From Cyanidioschyzon merolae (lineage: Eukaryota), in the NCBI GenBank assembly GCA_000091205.1, contig AP006485.2: 64,000 bases of DNA. One strand, 5' to 3'. The first letter of the stretch is position 1; every line of letters begins with the position of its first letter. Of the stretch, positions 58,419-64,000 are shown piece after piece. The notes under the pieces are model-generated. The model was not told the origin of the DNA. It did not search any database and saw only the letters and a list, made by a program, of their open reading frames with translations. The translations under genes and the position numbers were made by a program.

Positions 58419-59495
58419 GTGCTCTTTGGAATGACGTCGGGGATCGACGAGGCAGCGGCTGAGCTTCAGGGAAGTCTCTTTGGGGAGGTCTCGCCTGCGA
58501 TCGACTCGCCGGGTGCGGCGCTTGCACGTTCGTACCCCGTCCGCATCACCGTTGTCGGAGCTGGTGACGTTGGCGTTGCTTGCGCCTATAATATTTTGAC
58601 CCGAGATATTTGTAGTGAGCTGGTACTGGTGGACGTTCTCAAGGACAAACTCAAAGGTCAAGTTATGGACTTGCAGCATGGAGGTGCGTTCTACAGCACC
58701 CGCATCCGGGCTGCCGAGTCCTACGAGGATACAGCACATTCGGCAGTATGTATTATAACGGCAGGTGTGCGTCAGCGGCCCGGAGAAAGTCGTCTTGAGC
58801 TCATGGATCGCAATGCCGCATTGTTCAAAGGCATTATTCCGCCCCTGGTGCAGTATTCGCCGAACACAATCCTGTTGATTGTGAGTAACCCCGTTGATCT
58901 ATTGACACATCTAGCGTGGCAGATGAGTGGCTTGCCTCGCGAACGTGTGATTGGCTCAGGGACATATTTGGACTCTTCGCGTTTCCGCACACTTCTGGCG
59001 CAGCGGCTGGGCATCGATACCGCTTCCGTCCAGGCCATGGTACTGGGCGAGCACGGAGACTCCTCGTTCGTGTACCGGAGTGGTATTACGGTTGGTGGCG
59101 TGCCGTTGCGAACATGCTTCGAGCGCATGACCGACGCTGCGAGCGCGTCCACAGCATTCTATGATCTGGTGAAAGGTGTCCATCAGCAAGTTGTAGCCGC
59201 GGCTTACGAGGTCATTAAGCTGAAAGGCTACACCAACTGGGCCATTGGCAGCGCTGTTGGAAGTATCGTTACAACGATTGTGCATGATCGGCGCAAAGTG
59301 CTGCCAATAACGACGCATGCGGGCTCGATGCGAGGCCTCGAGTCGGCGGATGTATTCTTGTCGTTGCCTTGTGTGCTAGGTCGGAATGGTGTCGTTGAAG
59401 TACTACAAATACTGCCGTTCATGGAAAGTGACGAGAAAGAAGACCTCCAATCCAGTATAGAGGCACTCCAGAGCACGCCGAAGAAAGCATCTTGA
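58419..59495 (+). CDS. ldh: L-lactate dehydrogenase (LDH/MDH superfamily, LDH-type active site)
   Basis: Track ORF of 358 aa. The Rossmann motif is VRITVVGAGDVGVACAY. The substrate loop is ICIITAGVRQRPGESRLEL. The catalytic His is in MVLGEHGDSS, the LDH signature GEHGDS. A ~35-aa N-terminal extension means the true start could be an internal Met. Confidence 0.8.
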   Translation: MLFGMTSGIDEAAAELQGSLFGEVSPAIDSPGAALARSYPVRITVVGAGDVGVACAYNILTRDICSELVLVDVLKDKLKGQVMDLQHGGAFYSTRIRAAESYEDTAHSAVCIITAGVRQRPGESRLELMDRNAALFKGIIPPLVQYSPNTILLIVSNPVDLLTHLAWQMSGLPRERVIGSGTYLDSSRFRTLLAQRLGIDTASVQAMVLGEHGDSSFVYRSGITVGGVPLRTCFERMTDAASASTAFYDLVKGVHQQVVAAAYEVIKLKGYTNWAIGSAVGSIVTTIVHDRRKVLPITTHAGSMRGLESADVFLSLPCVLGRNGVVEVLQILPFMESDEKEDLQSSIEALQSTPKKAS

Positions 59496-60669
59496 GCATG
59501 TTGCCTGCGCATGGTAACGCGTTGGATGCGGATCGTTTACAGGGACGTTAATCAAATGCCTCGTCGAAGTGCGGGCTCTGCACAAGCGTGCTCGGTCTGT
59601 ACTCAAAATAAGCGGATGGACAAGGAGGACTGAACTATGCTGGATACCTATGCCAAACTGGTAGGTCTTGGCACCGTAGAAAAGGTGTGGAGGGGAGCGT
59701 CCGTAGCCATCTCGGCGAGCTTGTTTCAAATGGACAGCATTGCTGAAGGACCAGGTGGCACCAGAATTGCAGCTGCAGAGTAGCGTTCGCCTACTATCAT
59801 CATTGAAACCTGCTAGTCGTGTCATGGATACCGGACGTGCTGGAGTTCGCATCCGCAACAGCGAACAAGGATCAAATCAACTGACTCAAAATTCTCCAAA
59901 GCGATGCGTGGATGAAAGCTGGCGAAAGTTGCGGGTCTGGTACGGCATAACGTACGCTTACCCGGATGCCGATATGTATCGCGCCTGACCCGAGATACCC
60001 TGGTTCAGGTCAACCATTCTAAACCGCAGGATAAAAGTATGCCATGATTTAACGTTCACTGATGTTGGCTGGACGGCATCGCAACGCTCCACGAACCTGG
60101 GCGCGGCGCCGAAGGCTTAGTTTCCGAGTATGACCGTGACAGACTTTGCTCTATGCGTACGGATCTGGAAAACACGAGTCGAAAGTGTGCATCAGCACGC
60201 ATGGGCGACGAATAAAACCCTTAAAGCGACGTGCGAACAGTGACCTAACGATGCAAGTGGAACGAACCGAATACCCTGAGGTAGGTATGATGGCACAGCT
60301 TCTGCCTTGAGAGCAGCTGCACAAGCGCTTCAGTGCGGTAAAGCCGAAATCGTGCCGAAACGTCCGAGTCGCGTCAGCGCTTCTAGTGAACAGGAATGTG
60401 CCTCCAGCTTCTCTGACGTTCCTCTCGCGTCCCAGCAATTCTGGTACAAAGTTTCGCTCTATGCAGCACAGGCGCTGATGCAGCGCTCCTTCGGAAGCCC
60501 TGCCTTCCGCAAACTTGCACCGAGACGTTCCGTACGCAGCTATCGTGGTTATGCTTCAAAACCGGAACGGTATTGCAGTGTCTTGGAAGCGTCGGCTAGA
60601 GCTTCTGAGACCGAAACGTCTCGTAAGACCACCGCACCCGACGACAACAAACATCTTTCGAAACAAAAA

Positions 60670-63070
60670 CGTTGCTGCCGGCAGTAGACAGTACTGGCGA
60701 GAAACTCGCCCTAGACAAGAAGTCGCCAACTGACGTGCAGACGCCTCCCCGTCTTTTCCGCCCGGCCACCTACTGTGGGTACCATTTGTTCTTATATAGT
60801 TCCAGTTTAAGAGGTTGTCCAACAATGGACTCTCGTGTCACCGCTGGGAGCTTTTTGTCTATTCCCGCACATCTCCGTAGATTGATTGCAGCGTTAAAGA
60901 CTCGGTTCGCGAACTCCATACGTTTCTTGCGGTTGACAGTCGTACTTACTAATGCAAGTAGTCCACGAGCTTCTCCCCTCCTTTCCATTTCCTCTCCCGT
61001 CAGCTGTCCCTTACTTTTTTATATCATCAGGACTCCACTGGCACTTTTCCATCTCCATCTTCTGAAGAGTACATCCCAACTCGTGGTGTGTATACGATGT
61101 TCGGAACTCACCCACAGGTACCGTAGCGAGACCCAGTGCGCACTCCTTGCCCATTCCTGCCGTTGGAGCTGGTGGAGTCCCTTTTTTTCGGAGCCCAGCT
61201 CCCTACACCATATGTAACAACGAGCCTCTGACTTGATCCTATTTCAAGGCGTTCAATCGATTGAAAAAGCTCGCGAATGCGTGATGCTTACCACGGCACA
61301 GATTCATACGCAAACGTGCCCAGCGGTGCTTTGTATACTCGCCCTACAGCGCCACGGAATGAGCAACCCCAACTTCCAAAAATTTCAGAAAAGCTTGAAT
61401 GTCCGCTCATCGGCTCGTCACCACGCTCAAAGCCTCCAGGTGATCCTTCATTCCTACATTCCACGTAACGATCTTCTTCCTTGCATTCATTATACCGGAT
61501 TCTCGATAGTATCTCTCTCTCTCGAAAACCTCAGCAGAAGCATATGTTTGTGGCGTAAGGTGCCGTCAGTGCAATCTTCCCTTCGCTTGTGAACAGCGAT
61601 GGTTATGAGATTCGTGCTCCAGGGACTAAGGCCGACGCCAAAGTGGTTTTCATGGGGCTTATACGTTCCATAGCCCGTCAACCTGTGTTCGTTCTTCGGC
61701 AAGGGCCGTAAAGAAAACGGGATAGGACGAGCTGCCTTCAACCGCTGATGGTGTACACATATGTGCGCCACATCGAGATCGATTGTTCCAGTGAATAACC
61801 TTTTTTTGGCCGGTTCGGGACACTTGAAATCGAAGATATTCTTCTCGTAGGCGTCCCGATCTTCACCGGAGACCTATTTGTTGATTACATCGAGCTATGG
61901 ATAGATCTCTATCCTGAAGATGCAAAAGGACTATGGGGTCAATATACACAAAATGTGACTTGAACGCGCATAACCGACCGACATTGAAGCGCATCTGGAG
62001 AAGACTTCAATGTCGTTTCTCGCACTCGTCTTTTTTTCCACACTCAGCTCCATGCCGACCCTGCGATCGAGGTCTCGGACCGAAAACATGAAGCAGGGCA
62101 GGATAAGAGAGTAACAACTCTCTCCGTCGTTTCTCATATCCGAGAGTTTTCTCTTGGGTTGACATGACCCAAGACCGAACGATGTTTTAGAATAGTCGCG
62201 CGAATTACAGAAGCATCATTCATTATCCTGCGTGATGTCCTCTTGTCGACGAGTCTGATCTCCTGTTCATGCTGGCGATCGTTCTTCATACCATCGATGA
62301 TTGCAAGCATCCCTTCGCGAAATAGGCCATGGTACAGCACAAAGGCGACGCGTATCATGAAACAATCGAGGTTTGCCATTTTATGGTTCCTCACATTCAT
62401 AAGGCACCTCTTTGCCCTGTATTCGTAAATGTCTGCGTCACCCCTGTGTTCAGCACGGAAGACGAGGAATTTGGCGTAATTTTTGAGGAAGGCATGCACT
62501 CGCTCACTTATCCCCGATGTTTTCCCATTAAAAACAATCAGGTAGTTGATGAAAGTCTTTTGGAAAAATTTTTCCGGAAACATCACTTTCGCGATAAGCG
62601 TTACGTCCCGATGCAGGTCGCTGTCCAAATGCCAACGTCCTAAAGAGAAGATACAAACACACCCGGCGTACGAACCGACACGGTTTCTGATAGCGTCCCG
62701 CAACAATCAGTCGTACGGATCATTGATATGTTGGAGAAGATAAGATTCCACCACCATCTTGTCGTACAGAAGTCACAATTTCAGCCTTCGATGTAAGGCC
62801 CTCCCATGTTGCTTCTTCTTCTGTTCCTGACCCTCTTCGCTAAGCACTACGTCTCGTTTCTTTCTGACATCCGGCAGCACCGGCCACCCCAAACCCACAA
62901 CCTCCAAATACATAAGTCTAATTTTTGTTTTGGGAGAAAAACTCATTGGACGCTTCTGCTTTGAACGGCGAAAATAAGTTGAATACCCTTACTTAATGAT
63001 TGAAACGCCATTGGAGCCAAAACTATACTTTGCTACGATTCGATCAGAAATACAAGTGGCCCCGATAGAG
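60670..63070 (-). mobile_element. diverged member of the same TnpB/Fanzor-like element family, copy C (~2.4 kb, degenerate)
   Basis: Track ORF 60770..60988 (-) reads ...RMEFANRVFNAAINLRRCAG...GQPLKLELYKNKW, a RuvC-III tail with the catalytic D replaced. ORF 61490..61771 (-) contains GLSPWSTNLITIAVHKRREDCTDGTLRHKHMLLLRFSRERD, aligning to the RuvC-I region [44 protein letters not shown] 62134..62706 (-) aligns to the N-terminal domain at ~40% identity. The 3'-terminal ~200 nt (60670-60900) are ~75% identical to copies A and B. Confidence 0.5.
60770..62706 (-). pseudogene. degenerate TnpB/Fanzor-like ORF of copy C (multiple frame breaks; catalytic motifs eroded)
   Basis: See the copy C mobile_element feature. 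Confidence 0.45.
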
Positions 63071-64000
63071 CAGTCGCTCCAGAAGAGGTCATTACCGCGT
63101 TTCTATTGATCGGCGAGACGCACGTAGTGTGACGTGACGGCCAGATTTCGCGATGCGTTACCAGGACGCACGATATAGAAAATGCCAAAAAATTGACAAT
63201 ATCCAAAAAACGGGGTACCAAGTACTAACGCCACCTACTGTAGACGTTAAAAGGAGGAAGTCTTTGCGTATGGTCAAGCAGTGACATATAGGCGGAGGGT
63301 CGGCAAGCAGCGAGACTCTACCAACCTCTAATACCGGTTGACCATACAGTTGCGAGTGATGTGACACACCCTAGCATCCCATCCGAAAAAGAACAGATTC
63401 TGGAACAAGGAGCGGATATATTGCGTCTAAGCGTGACCTAGATTGCGGTAGACTAATGGTATAGCGCTTTACGCTATCGCAGGCAAAAGATCTGCAAGAA
63501 CAGCTTGAAGGCTCCCAAGAAAATAAATTTCCCTGATCCCATGTTGCATGAACCAAGACCCTTCCAGAGCGCTCAGTGGTAGGCCAGAGCTGTTCTGTTT
63601 GAAGAGTGCAACTGCAACGAAGAAAGAGAGATTACGGCGGGTGCTCAGAGCAGGTAGGCGGCGCAGGAGAGAAAGTCTGATACGATCAGTACAGCCGAGA
63701 TGAAGTAAATGCGACGGAAGGGAAAAAAACTGGAAAGCGTGATGGACGATTTTCCGAAACCAGTGTCGATCCAGGAATTTCGCCGGTCTAGCCAGTGAGC
63801 AAGTTCCGCCAGACCAAAAAAAGCATAGCGCCGGAGGTAATTCCCTAATGGCTCTGGTATGCTAAATGAAAAAAAAACATATGCATAGGAGCTCAGACGG
63901 TACCGCCGAAGGAAAATCCCTAACGAGTCCGGAATGGTAGACGTCAAAATCACAGACGCTTTCGCGCTGGGATCATCGCGTTAATGGTGGGAATGGGGGG

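Noticed and set aside
53417-64000. Looked for tRNA genes (GTTCGAATC-type T-loops, acceptor stems) in intergenic stretches
   Set aside because: No convincing cloverleaf candidates were seen by eye, so none are reported.

Overview
This is a GC-rich, intron-poor eukaryotic window, probably from a protist or oomycete-like nuclear genome; it is not prokaryotic. I read it mainly from the supplied ORF track plus hand translation of selected stretches. My single-nucleotide transcription is imperfect, because one place (near 1560/1561) disagreed with the track by 1 nt. Coordinates I derived myself (not taken from the track) may therefore be off by ±1, and I make no single-base frameshift claims. The ORF track is incomplete. 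The largest gene in the first 5 kb is a minus-strand DEAH-box helicase with all canonical motifs, and it is absent from the track.

Host genes, left to right:
- DEAH/DHX29-57-like helicase (minus, partial)
- small DnaJ-type CxxCxGxG zinc-finger protein
- AIG2/gamma-glutamylcyclotransferase-like protein with a low-complexity N-terminus
- a 526-aa hypothetical protein
- a Cys/His-rich hypothetical protein
- RCC1-repeat protein
- mitochondrial carrier
- GT92 (DUF23)-like glycosyltransferase
- ER protein disulfide isomerase with C-terminal KDEL
- TPR protein
- a 3483-aa VPS13-like chorein-N lipid-transfer protein
- alpha/beta hydrolase
- secreted Thr/Pro-rich mucin-like protein with trefoil-like Cys domains
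- L-lactate dehydrogenase

The accessory content is concentrated in the last 19 kb. There are three roughly 2.4-2.6 kb copies plus one roughly 0.6 kb remnant of the same element, all on the minus strand, alternating with single host genes. Each copy encodes a TnpB/Fanzor-like RuvC nuclease with three recognisable motifs: Ruv[20 protein letters not shown], a TS/zinc-finger region, and Ruv[19 protein letters not shown]. Each also carries a strongly conserved roughly 150-200 nt 3'-terminal segment that outlasts the coding frame in the diverged copies, which makes it a candidate omega-RNA/right-end. All copies have interrupted reading frames.

Several tandem repeats sit in promoter-proximal intergenic DNA (102-bp x7, 87-bp x3, 61-bp x4.5, (AC)n). 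Trinucleotide-encoded homopolymer runs (poly-Q, poly-A, poly-T) are frequent inside CDSs.
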